From: Octopus bimaculoides
Lineage: Eukaryota
Reading direction: 5' to 3'
Assembly (NCBI RefSeq): GCF_001194135.2
Contig: NC_068983.1
Coordinates: 70,419,346 to 70,472,972 of the forward strand
DNA: 53,627 nt
The position numbers were made by a program, and so were the translations under genes. A model generated the notes under the pieces. The model was not told where the DNA came from, searched no databases, and worked only from the letters and a program-made list of their open reading frames with translations. Below are positions 39,030 through 50,550 of this stretch, in pieces; position 1 is the stretch's first letter; every line of letters starts with the position of its first letter.

Positions 39030-40114
39030 TTAGATAGTTATGCTATCAAAAATTATTAGTTGACCATAGTTTGAAAACTTTTGATCATCCATCTCCTTAA
39101 CTAGGTTTGAAGGGGATGTTGGGTAATGCAATAACAGGAATAACATTTGGGATTAATCAAAATTATCTTAATAATTAGGTTTCCATTATTTGCTCATATG
39201 TAGTTAGGGTTAGGGTTAGAAACATTGTATTAACAGCAAACAAGATGAGGACAAATATCCATTGAATGTAAATAATGTAAATAATGTACATAATTCCTCA
39301 TCTCTTAAATATAGAACTGGACATCAATGTTTGGAAACTGACCTATTTTCCATTACATTTCAGACAGATTCAACACTGTGCTGCTGAAGCAGAAATACCA
39401 ATATAGCAAATATTCTGCTCAATATCACAGATTTGCTTGTCATTTGCTTGACCTTGACCACTTGAGCATGTTCCTTAGTGGCTGACAATATGTACATCTC
39501 TGATCACGAGCAGAAGTAGTGGGGGAGCATCATAGCCATGTGTTGAGAGGGATTCTTTAGTGTTTGAATAAATGTAACAAAAGCAAAGTTTGGAAGAAAT
39601 GTTATCCATTTTTCACACTTTCTAGGGGTAAACAACTACGAAATCACAGTAACTACCCAAGGGCAAAAATCATGCTACACAGTGTCATTTGGTAATTATG
39701 TTTAAGTTGCAGTGGATGATTGTATTTTAAAGGCAATATGATGCTACATTGCATTGATATGTTAATGATGGTAGCCTGGTGGTAAGTGAAGGTTAGCTAA
39801 AACATAGCTTACAATATATGTGTCTGATAGCAGTAATATCTCAATGAGATATTACTTCTCTAACGAGAAGAATGGGATGCTCATGTGCATTGCTGAAGAT
39901 GATTAACTTTTGGAAAAAACAAGAAAAAGTAAAGGAAAGCAAATAAAAATTAAATCAAAAACTAAAGTAGCTCTTAACACCAAAGTGTTATTCAGGGGTA
40001 GTTCTAGCTATGTCATAAATGTGTGATATGCCATAATAAATTCTGAGGTATATTACAGCTTTATTGCAATTTATACTGTCTACCAAAAGATTTTAAGATT
40101 TAAATGGATATAGA

Positions 40115-40730
40115 CATGACTGTATGATAAGAAGTTTGATTTCCAACCACATGATTTCAGGTTCAGTCCCACTGTGTGGAACCTTGGAGAAGTGTCTTCT
40201 GCTATAGCCTCAGGCTGACCAAAGCCTTGTGAGTGGATTTGGTAGATGGAAAAATGAAAGAAGCCCATTGTATAAATATCTATATTTCTGTGTGTGCGTG
40301 TGTGTGTGTGCGTCTTTGATTCTGTATTTGGTTTCCAACCACATGATTTTAGGTTCAGTCCCACTGTGTGGAACCTTGGGGAAGTGTCTTCTGCTATAGC
40401 CTCAGGCTGACCAAAGCCTTGTGAGTGGATTTGGTAGATGTAAAAATGAAAGAAGCCCATTATATAAATATCTATATTTCTGTGTGTGCGCATGTGTGTG
40501 TGTCTTTGATTCTGTATTTGTTTTCCACCACCACTTGACAACTGGTATTGGTGTGTTAACAAACCCATAGTTTAGCAGTTTGATAAAAGAGACCACTAGA
40601 ATAAGTACCAGGCTTTAAAAAAAGGTAAGTACTGAGGGCGAGGGGCAATTCATTCAACTAAAATTCTTCGAGGTGGTGCCCCAGTACGGCCAAAGTCTAA
40701 TGACTAAAACAAGTAAGAGGTAAAAGAATA
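40115..40730 (+). mobile_element. Major-family SINE with a near-identical internal tandem duplication of about 190 bp (about 40140-40331 / 40332-40521)
   Basis: Two consecutive copies of tttccaaccacatgattt.aggttcagtcc...gtctttgattctgtatttg. Confidence 0.9.
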
Positions 40731-42489
40731 AATTATGTGTTCCTTTATTGTAAGTTGGCAGGAAATTAATTGCGTTAGGTTTCAGATCAACCATCCTTCG
40801 ATGAAGAGATCAAGTATTCAATAGTCATTTCATTGTACTTTCAGACAGGATACTTAATACTTAATTGTACAGACCAAAGAGTACAGAATGTTCTGGCGAA
40901 ATTATTAAACATGTTTCATCCTTCACCGTAAAGTGCCACTCCTAAATTGAATCTGTCAGGCACCAGAAAGCCTGTAACAAATGTGGAAATCTCCCACCAT
41001 AAATATAAACTTTAACACATGAAATCAAGCCAAGACAGAATACATATATTCATAATCCAAATAATAAGGATAATAAGGAGACAAAGAAATTCTTTAACAC
41101 ATTTTTAATGATTTGTTACAATTGTTTCTGTACCAACTTTGCTTGCAGCATCAGTTTCTGCAAAAATTCGAAGAGAAAATTTATGCAATGTTTGCGGTTT
41201 TAGACATTAAAGAGGCACTTCATCAGACTTGCATCAAAGAATTCCAGCATTGGTCTGGAACCCGACAGTATTGATAGCCCAGTTTTCAGGTTGAGGGCAT
41301 CTCTGGAAATATCCTTTCTTTACATCCCAACAGGACCTATATATATATATTTATTTATTCTTAATGTACAATAATTCTGATGCGACACTTCCTTTTCTTT
41401 TCTATTCTATTCTCTTACTCTTTTGCCTTCTTTCTTCTATTACACACACACACACACACATGCACGCATGCATGCACTCACACAGAGTCGCATATCTATG
41501 CATGTATTTATGTATGTATGTATGTACACACATGTCTATGTGCATAGGTACACCATGGTCCATACACACGCAGACAAGGGTCGATTCATATGAAAAAGAA
41601 AGTGAACAAAATTTGTAAGTTCGATCTTTTTTTAATGATAATCAAACCAAATGTTCATCATTTTGAGCCACTCACCCAATGAGTATTTCTGCCAAATGTG
41701 GTGAAAATCCATTCAGCCATTTTCTAGTAATTTTGCAAATACACAGACAAACAGACCAAGATGGGTGATTACAGTACCCTACTTTCGCTTATGTGTGCAA
41801 GGTAAAGATAAAAATCTTGTTACACAGTGTAAAAAGTGTTTAAGTGAAGTTAAGAGTCTTTGTGTGTTTTTGGAAGGTTAATATGCATATTCCACTCTGC
41901 AATTGTTTTTTGTTTCAACATGCAGTCTGTGATGAAATCACTTGCCTGGCTAGTACATATCCAAAGTTTATCATATGTCTCCTTAGAAAGTACTGCAAGA
42001 AAACAAATATGTTTCCCTCAAGGGGTTTGAATAACCTACCCATTCCCTATTTGAGAAATTCTTCACAAACTGCATTGTAGTTACATATGAAAATTTAATA
42101 CAACTTATGAGGAATACGGTTGGCGCCATAATATTAAAACTTTTTCATTACCAAATTTATAATCAAATACATAGCTTGTATTTTTAGAATTCATTTACAA
42201 AGTAAACAAGGATTTGGAAGGCATTTGTAAAATAAACAACTTTTCATTAATGAGGTATTTTTCAGAACATAATTTGACAAAATGAAGGTTTTCATTTAAA
42301 TATCTGCATCTTTTAAAATGTAGTTTTATGTTATTGAAGCAGTGATGAATACTGCTGGCTGACAGTAAAAATGCTTCAGAATTAAAATCATTTTATAAAT
42401 TACTTCATTGCACACATTATTCCTTTACACACACATGTGCGTGTGTGTGTGTATTATCCAAAATGTAAAATATATATACATCAAGGCTG

Positions 42490-43203
42490 ATGTTACCAAT
42501 TAGTTTCGTGCAATGAATACAGTGGAGTGTTAGCTAACAATCTGATTATATAACCTTACACTCATCAGAATTAGCCAATATGGAAGGGAATATGGCGACT
42601 GCTCTCGATTGTTGGAGGTGAATTAGTACATCTGGTTTGCAGTTGCTGTGAAAAAGTTAGTGAAACAAAAAGGGCCAGGGGATTAGGTTAGGAGTTATGT
42701 CCCTTCGTTGGGTTCGCTGTCATATGCATAATTTTCTCCAGGGGTGTAGGTATATATAATTATGTTTGTTAGTCTGTTTTCTTTCTGTATTGGTTAAGGT
42801 CATGGGGGGATTTATGTTAGTGTGCGGTGTGTAATGTGTGTGTGGGGGGAGTCTATATATGTATGAGTATATGTTGGAGGGGAGTCTATTTTGTGGAGTG
42901 TGCGTACCTGGGTGCATTGGTGTGTGCTCTGATCAAATTCTTTGCCGGACCCGAGGGTATTGGTGGAAGGTTAAGGCCGGGGAGCTGTGGTTGTAGTCAT
43001 GGTGGGGCAAACAGGTACAATAGGATGTACTTCCTTTTATGTGGGCAAGGATTAAACACTTCACTCTCGCTATTCAGGTAAATATCCAGGCATTGGGTAC
43101 CCCTTAAAATTGCTCTCTTCTCAGCCAGGCACAACTTGTACTTCCTGCAGCTGTTGAAGTATAACATAATGTGGAAGATCCTGGAGAAATGCAAACCATA
43201 CTT
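42490..43203 (-). mobile_element. Penelope-like element 3' fragment (GIY-YIG C-terminus and 3' UTR) with an inverted 5' segment
   Basis: Minus-strand YFNSCRKYKLCLAEKRAIL...LNSESEVFNPCPHKRKYILL and plus-strand KYNIMWKILEKCKPY match the PLE endonuclease tail pattern I.WKIL....Y....C.LCL.EK..IL...LN..SE....C.H. Confidence 0.85.
42496..42574 (-). ncRNA. Degenerate hammerhead-like motif in the PLE 3' UTR
   Basis: CTAATT-CTGATGA-GTGTAA-(42 nt)-TTGCAC-GAAA-CT-AATTGG: intact core, 6-bp stem II and 6-bp stem I (one G-U each). Stem III and the NUH triplet are missing. Confidence 0.55.
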
Positions 43204-43256
43204 ATATATATATAATGTATATCACTTCATATACATATATATAACGTATATCACTC

Positions 43257-43298
<42 letters not shown>

Positions 43299-44016
43299 AC
43301 ATATATCACTTCATTTATCAATTTAGTTAGCTTTTCAAATTCTCAGACAGGGTGTAGGAAGAAAGACAGGGACTTCAAGAAAAAAGAACAAAAAGAGAGA
43401 TAAAAATAAAAGTTAATCGGTTTTCTGGTATGTTGTGAAGAAAAGATAACCTATTTAGAATATATTTTTATCTATGTATGTACTTATATGTAAATTTATA
43501 TATATTGCTGTATGTGCATACAAACGATTGCAAGTGTAGTTTTTATATGTAGACCTACATAGTAGACTTACTAACATATTAAATTTAATAATATCTGCAT
43601 TTATTGAAAAATGATGAACATCTTTAATTGACTTTTTACTTTTATTGGGAGTGGGGGAGGGGCTCATCAGAGGTGTCAACATATCTTCACAAATCCTAGA
43701 GAAACAAGCAGTCAACCTGTTTACATACACATTGAATCCAATAGTCCAGAGAACTGGAGCTATCTATTTGTATACTACAAGTATTTTGCACACACACACA
43801 CACTTGTATGTCATCGTCGTCGTCATCATCATCATTTAATGTCTGTTTTCTATGTTGGCATGAGTTGGAGGGTTCCATAAGAGTCACACATTAAGACCCA
43901 ATGTCTGTTTTGGCATGACTTTTATAGCTGGATGAGACCTCCTAATGCCAACCACACATATATAAATGCAAATATATAAATACAAATATACATATATGTA
44001 CATACATATGTTTGTG

Positions 44017-44395
44017 TTCACTCCTACTTCTCTTCCTACTTCTCTTCACTCCTACTTCTCTTCCTACTTCTCTTCATTCCTACTTCTCTTCACTCCTACT
44101 TCTCTTCCCACTTCTCTTCCTACTTCTCTTCACTCCTACTTCTCTTCACTCCAACTTCTCTTCCTACTTCTCTTCACTCCCACTTCTCTTCACCCCTACT
44201 CTTTCTCTCCTCTCTCTTACTCTCTCTCACTCTCTTCTCTCGTACTCCCCCCTCTCTCAATCTTACTCTCTACACTCTTACTCTCTCACTCTCTTCTCTC
44301 TTTCCCTCTCTCTCACTCTCTTCTCTCTTTCCCTCTCTCTTTCCCTCTCTCTTTCCCTCTCTCTTACTCTTTCTCTTTCTCTCCCCCATACCCCT
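44017..44395. repeat. Pyrimidine-rich minisatellite (interleaved 16-mer TTCACTCCTACTTCTC and 12-mer TTCCTACTTCTC) grading into (CT)n
   Basis: Read directly; only one G (44242) was seen in 379 nt. Confidence 0.95.
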
Positions 44396-45004
44396 NNNNN
44401 NNNNNNNNNNNNNNNNNNNNNNNNNNNNNNNNNNNNNNNNNNNNNNNNNNNNNNNNNNNNNNNNNNNNNNNNNNNNNNNNNNNNNNNNNNNNNNNNNNNN
44501 NNNNNNNNNNNNNNNNNNNNNNNNNNNNNNNNNNNNNNNNNNNNNNNNNNNNNNNNNNNNNNNNNNNNNNNNNNNNNNNNNNNNNNNNNNNNNNNNNNNN
44601 NNNNNNNNNNNNNNNNNNNNNNNNNNNNNNNNNNNNNNNNNNNNNNNNNNNNNNNNNNNNNNNNNNNNNNNNNNNNNNNNNNNNNNNNNNNNNNNNNNNN
44701 NNNNNNNNNNNNNNNNNNNNNNNNNNNNNNNNNNNNNNNNNNNNNNNNNNNNNNNNNNNNNNNNNNNNNNNNNNNNNNNNNNNNNNNNNNNNNNNNNNNN
44801 NNNNNNNNNNNNNNNNNNNNNNNNNNNNNNNNNNNNNNNNNNNNNNNNNNNNNNNNNNNNNNNNNNNNNNNNNNNNNNNNNNNNNNNNNNNNNNNNNNNN
44901 NNNNNNNNNNNNNNNNNNNNNNNNNNNNNNNNNNNNNNNNNNNNNNNNNNNNNNNNNNNNNNNNNNNNNNNNNNNNNNNNNNNNNNNNNNNNNNNNNNNN
45001 NNNN

Positions 45005-45615
45005 CACTTCCCCAGTTTCACACTACATACGTCAAGATCACCAGCATTCTATCTCCCACACACAGCCCCTCGTTCTTCGATCACCGTTTGTTATCTCCCC
45101 CTTTTCTTAGCTCTCCTGAAAAAAGAATTTCTAACTTCCGGTCAGCCATTGTTATGATCAGCCATTATTATGATTGACCGTTGACTGGACACTATTCAAT
45201 TTTTTTTCTCCGTGTTTTTCTCCTTGTCTCCGTATTCTTTCTGTTGAAGAGCGTAGCTCGAAACGTCAAAGACTTTCCGTATTCCCGAGCGTCATACTAA
45301 TACATCCTTTTGTTATTTACACCACCTGTCCTCGTCTGTTGTTGTTTTTTCGTATATTACCATACTCGCTGAGGAATATCCAAATACCTCCAAGGAAAAT
45401 CTACTTGAAGCGACTCACGGAGAAGACTGAAAGTATCATCAAACGAATGCACTGGAAACCTTTCTTTTGGCTTTAAATCCTAAAAGTGCCCCTTGCGTAT
45501 GAAAGATCTTGAGAACTGCAAGATTGACTTATGGAACATTCTAAAGAAGGTAAGATTTCGGCATTATTCTAACCTATTCCTTAAATCCTTAAATGATTAT
45601 ATGACCACTATTAAC
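45005..45615 (+). mobile_element. Penelope-like element: pLTR/UTR followed by the decayed ORF N-terminus
   Basis: From 45363, YSLRNIQIPPRKIYLKRLTEKTESIIKRMHWKPFF, then after a frameshift FGFKS*KCPLRMKDLENCKIDLWNILKKVRFRH, matching the PLE N-terminal S.KNIP.P....Y...L..K.E....RMRWK and GFKS..CP motifs. Confidence 0.85.
45236..45272 (+). ncRNA. Minimal type I hammerhead ribozyme-like motif in the PLE pLTR
   Basis: TCTTT-CTGTTGAA-GAGC(GTA)GCTC-GAAA-CGTC-AAAGA: 5-bp stem I, 4-bp stem II, palindromic ACGT stem III, GTC triplet with predicted cut after 45267. The core has T in place of conserved A6. Confidence 0.65.
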
Positions 45616-45947
45616 CCTTCAAACCCTATGAGTTTATTTTGGCATGACCTCCACCCTCAGTTCCCAGTGAAAATTTGCAAAAAATTCAGTTATAATTTAT
45701 TTTTATTCATGTTCTAGCTTTTTGTTGTTATTTTTGATAAATAAACCAATAAAAATACCCATTTCATGTTGTTTATTTTATTTTCTCACTTCTACCTCCA
45801 AAACTGGACTTCAGCATGCCAGTCATGCCAGCAATTTTGCTGTGGTACTCTGACACACAAGAAATCTTTACAATGATTATACTTTTGGGAAGGTCCTTAT
45901 ATGCAGTACTTGGATTTTGTTATCTACCTTTGTTGTACTTTTCTAAG

Positions 45948-46013
<66 letters not shown>

Positions 46014-46179
46014 CACACACATATACATGCTTATGTATATGTATTAAACATATACTGTATGTTTAATATATATGCTTATATATATATTGTGTATTGTGTG
46101 TATGAGTGTGTGCGTGTGTGTGATGTGTGTGTGTGTGCGTGTGTGTGTGTGTGTGTGCATATGTGGATAAAGATATATA

Positions 46180-46558
46180 TACTCTTTTACTCTTTTACTT
46201 GTTTCAGTCATTTGACTGCGGCCATGCTGGAGCACCGCTTTTAGTCGAGCAAATCGACCCCAGGACTTATTCTTTGTAAGCCTAGTACTGATTCTATCGG
46301 TCTCTTTTGCCGAACCGCTAAGTTACGGGGACGTAAACACACCAGCATCGATTGTCAAGCGATGTTGAAGGGACACAGATACACAAACACACATATATAC
46401 ATATACATATATACGACGGGCTTCCTTCAGTTTCCGTCTACCAAATCCACTCACAAGACTTTGGTCGGCCCGAGGCTATAGTAGAAGACACTTGCCCAAG
46501 TTGCCACGCAGTGAGACTGAACCCAGAACCATGTGGTTGGTAAGCAAGCTACTTACCA
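46180..46558 (-). mobile_element. Young major-family SINE copy (CpGs retained, head slightly truncated)
   Basis: tcttttacttgtttcagtcatttgactgcggccatgctggagcaccgc...cttaccaca with many intact CpGs. Confidence 0.9.
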
Positions 46559-46913
46559 CAGAAATATTCAATTATTTTAATTTCTATTGTGTCTGGACCT
46601 TACATAACAATTATGATAAGAAAACTCTTGAGCCAAATGAAAATTCAACCTATAAATGAGGGTTTCTTGCTTCTAATATTAACATTTGAGCCAAGGCAGT
46701 GAGCCTGGCTGAATCATTTCTGCACCAGGCAAAATGCTGCTGAGGTCTCCTTTGTCTTTCATCCTGTTGTGGTTGGAAAAATAAGTACCAGCTGAACAAT
46801 AGGGTTGATGTAATTAACTTACACAACTCTCCCAATATTGCTAGATTTGATCCAAAATTTGAAATCAATATTAACATTTGAGTCAGCAGTTAATTTCCAT
46901 AGTGATAACTAAA

Positions 46914-47132
46914 CCATTTAGCATTTAAACAGGCCATACACACAAAATATTCTCCCTGGTTTATGTTGAAACCAGCCAGATCCAGACTCTCATACCTATG
47001 CTACAGTGTCATTCTTGAAATAAACAATCACAACATCGACATCATGAAGTAATGAGATAATGCATGATTTATTCAGAAGAATGTGAATAAATAAGCATTA
47101 ACATTTGATAGAATAATCTGAATGTTAAAGGG
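46914..47132. mobile_element. piggyBac-type MITE, about 220 bp
   Basis: Termini CCATTTAGCATT / AATGTTAAAGGG flanked by taaa / TTAA, consistent with CCCTTT termini and a TTAA TSD. Confidence 0.65.
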
Positions 47133-47454
47133 TTAAATTTGAGGATGTTCTGGCTGTGTGTGTGTGTATTTGCCTGAGGGTTTTGTTGTGCCATCTACCT
47201 CTTGACATGTGTGCACTTTCAAGTTATTCTAAGATTTTATCTCATGTCCCCATACTTCCTTGCAAACATGTATGTACATCAAACTGTACATTTTATCACG
47301 TATTTGTGGGTGGGGGAGGGAATAACACCATTCCATTAAGCCCTGCTTACAGGTTCATACATACATACATGCATACATACATACATACATACATGCATAT
47401 ATACATACACACATTCATACATACATTCATACATACATACTTACATGCATACAT

Positions 47455-47487
<33 letters not shown>

Positions 47488-47513
47488 CATTCATACATAC
47501 ATATATATGTATA

Positions 47514-47950
47514 AAGCTGAAGATCAGTGAAAAAGAGAACACCTATGCTGAAGTATTGAGAAATCTGCAGTTACTCTATCTGGATTAAAAGTTTAGGTTT
47601 ACACCTGTAATTATTGGGGCCCTGGGATATGTAACACACTGTCTAAATACCAATCTTGAGAAATTAGGCTTCTCGAAACCAGAACGGAGAAAACTAACTC
47701 AAAGATTACAGTTCCAATCTATCAATGGAACTGTAAAAATCTATAAAACTTTCCAGAAGTTTATCATTTAAATATATATGAGCATGTCTAGATATGCAAC
47801 TATATGCATGAGAATACATACATAAAACACAAATCTGCACATACATACATACATACATACATACATACAAATAAAATACCCTGTTGTTGATGTTGTAATT
47901 CCAATGAACAAGCCTTGGATCTTGGATAGAAACCGACTATCTGTACATAT
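47514..47950 (+). mobile_element. 3' end of a second R4/Dong-like RLE LINE family embedded in (TACA)n arrays
   Basis: 47514-47771 translates KLKISEKENTYAEVLRNLQLLYLD*KFRFTPVIIGALGYVTHCLNTNLEKLGF...RLQFQSINGTVKIYKTFQKFII*, the RLE C-terminal P.IIGALG pattern. Confidence 0.85.
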
Positions 47951-48717
47951 ATATATATGTACATACAAACATACATACATACGTACATACATACTAATAT
48001 ACATACATACTTACATACATGTATATATATATATACTTACATACACACATACATATATATATACACACATACATACATACATACATACTTACATGCATGC
48101 ATACATACATACATACATACATACATACATNNNNNNNNNNNNNNNNNNNNNNNNNNNNNNNNNNNNNNNNNNNNNNNNNNNNNNNNNNNNNNNNNNNNNN
48201 NNNNNNNNNNNNNNNNNNNNNNNNNNNNNNNNNNNNNNNNNNNNNNNNNNNNNNNNNNNNNNNNNNNNNNNNNNNNNNNNNNNNNNNNNNNNNNNNNNNN
48301 NNNNNNNNNNNNNNNNNNNNNNNNNNNNNNNNNNNNNNNNNNNNNNNNNNNNNNNNNNNNNNNNNNNNNNNNNNNNNNNNNNNNNNNNNNNNNNNNNNNN
48401 NNNNNNNNNATTCCATCACTATTCATCCTTCCTTGCTCTGTGCAATCATTCAAGTGACAAAAGACAAATGGATTTTATATGTGTGTATTTGTGTGTATAC
48501 ATGTGAGTGCATGTATATGTAACAGTATTACTATTTGTACGTGAGTTTACATGCAAACCTGAATGAGTATATACTGTGTGCATGTGTGTTTAAATGTATA
48601 TATGTTTTGCAAGATTCCTGGTGTGAAATCAAGTTTGAAACAAATATTGTTATATCTTGGTGGTGGTGGTGGTGGTGGTGGGGAAATCATCCCTAAATAT
48701 ATATATATATATATATA

Positions 48718-49571
48718 CAGGCTGCGATGGGTAAACTGTCACCATTTTATACTTTTTATTTTGTGCATGTGCATTGTTTGTTTTGGATTTTGTCGACTAC
48801 ACTGTATAGTAGGGTCAGCTGGGCACTCTCTGTGAGAAAAACAGCACCATGACACTATTCATTCTGCCAGAAACTTGGAAACAACATGCTGTACTGCTTG
48901 GCATTCTCACCAGAAGCTTTAATATGAACATTTCTGAGTGTTTGGGTGTCAATCTGAGGACATGTACCAAAAGTGATAAAAATGAAACATCCAGTCAACA
49001 TCATGGTGTTTGGAGTGATCACTTGTGATGGCAACTTTATGTCTCTATTCATTCAACACAGTCTCAGACTCGACATGGAGGCCTACATCACGTGCCTGGA
49101 GGAGATAGTGCTGCTCTGGGCCAAGAGGGTGGCTGCTGGAGCACTATATGTCTGGCAACACGACTCTCCACCATACCACACAAGCAGGAGAACCCAGTCG
49201 TGGCTGTCAGACAATTTCTGCAACCATATCACCCCTAACATCTGGCACCTAACTCCCCAGACTGCAACCACCTTAGTTATTATGTGTGGGGTGCAGTTGA
49301 GTGAGAGACCAGCAAAACTCCTTGCAACACCAAAGATGAACTGAGAGCAAGGATTATGGCAACATTCACCGACTTAAACAAGGAGACCATGCAGAAGAGT
49401 TGCAGGAGATTACAAAGTCGTCTGGAGGTTGTGGTTGAAGCCAAAGGTGACTTTATTGCATAAAAATACTGCTTAGTATTTTAAGATATTTTATGGAGCT
49501 GTGGTAAAATAGATGTCAGTGTTATTTTCATTTTTGTGCCATTTAGACGACAGTTTATTCACTGCACCCTG
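48718..49571 (+). mobile_element. Internally deleted Tc1/mariner (DD37D/maT-type) transposon, 854 bp
   Basis: TIRs CAGGCTGCGATGGGTAAACTGTC / GACAGTTTATTCACTGCACCCTG with TA on both sides; transposase remnant inside. Confidence 0.9.
48973..49463 (+). pseudogene. Decayed DD37D-type transposase C-terminal half
   Basis: KHPVNIMVFG...YVWQHDSPPYHTS...W, frameshift, (P)PNSPDCNHLSYYVWG. There are 37 residues from the second D to the third-D position (now S), plus an in-frame stop. Confidence 0.85.
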
Positions 49572-49989
49572 TAAATATTCATATATATANNNNNNNNNNN
49601 NNNNNNNNNNNNNNNNNNNNNNNNNNNNNNNNNNNNNNNNNNNNNNNNNNNNNNNNNNNNNNNNNNNNNNNNNNNNNNNNNNNNNNNNNNNNNNNNNNNN
49701 NNNNNNNNNNNNNNNNNNNNNNNNNNNNNNNNNNNNNNNNNNNNNNNNNNNNNNNNNNNNNNNNNNNNNNNNNNNNNNNNNNNNNNNNNNNNNNNNNNNN
49801 NNNNNNNNNNNNNNNNNNNNNNNNNNNNNNNNNNNNNNNNNNNNNNNNNNNNNNNNNNNNNNNNNNNNNNNNNNNNNNNNNNNNNNNNNNNNNNNNNNNN
49901 NNNNNNNNNNNNNNNNNNNNNNNNNNNNNNNNNNNNNNNNNNNNNNNNNNNNNNNNNNNNNNNNNNNNNNNNNNNNNNNNNNNNNNNNN

Positions 49990-50311
49990 GTGCTGTGCAT
50001 GAGAAGACCCGGCAAGCGAAGTGAGATCGTTGCCAGTGCCCCTGGACTGGCTCTTGTGTGGGTGGCACATAAGATGCACCATTTTGAGCGTGGCCAATGC
50101 CAGTACCGCCTGACTGGCCTTCGTGCGGGTGACACGTAAAAGCACCCACTACACTCTCTGAGTGGTTGGCGTTAGGAAGGGCATCCAGCTGTAGAAACTC
50201 TGCCAAATTAGATTGGAGCCTGGTGTTGCCATCCGGTTTCACCAGTCCTCAGTCAAATCGTCCAACCCATGCTAGCATGGAAAGCGGACGTTAAACGGTG
50301 ATGATGATGAT
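49990..50311 (+). mobile_element. Young RTE-LINE 3' end with (GAT)n tail
   Basis: CpG-rich; ends ccaacccatgctagcatggaaagcggacgttaaacggtgatgatgatgat; serves as the local reference for the family. Confidence 0.9.
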
Positions 50312-50367
50312 ATGGACTCTCTTGTCAGTTTTGATGTATGAGGCTCCGACAGTGAACTCTTTCTTTG

Positions 50368-50550
50368 TCAGTCATAATGTTTAACTCAAATGTGACATTT
50401 AAGTCCCGCCAACGATTTGCAAAGAAAGCCACAAATGCTGCAAGTATGAGAATTACAGGTCAGTGCATGCGATATGTTTGCAGCCACTTTTCTCCTTTGC
50501 CTTGCACCCTGAAGTCTGTTAATACTGGTTGCAACAAAATTTCAAATACC
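50368..50550 (-). mobile_element. RTE-type LINE ORF C-terminus with C2H2 finger remnant
   Basis: GI*NFVATSINRLQGARQRRK...HTCSICGFLCKSLAGLKCHI*VKH = C-x2-C-x12-H-x4-H after a basic helix, as in RTE/BovB C-termini. Confidence 0.65.

Noticed and set aside
39203-39218. TTAGGG telomere-like repeats
   Set aside because: Only about two units inside what looks like a dispersed repeat; not a telomeric array.
41150-41335. Open peptides on both strands and a CTGATGA motif
   Set aside because: Conflicting readings; GAAA is absent from the would-be hammerhead and there is no good donor for the exon reading.
50368-50450. Apparent host exon AFVAFFANRWRDLNVTFELN after a strong acceptor
   Set aside because: Another frame gives a clear RTE C-terminal C2H2 finger, which explains the sequence better.
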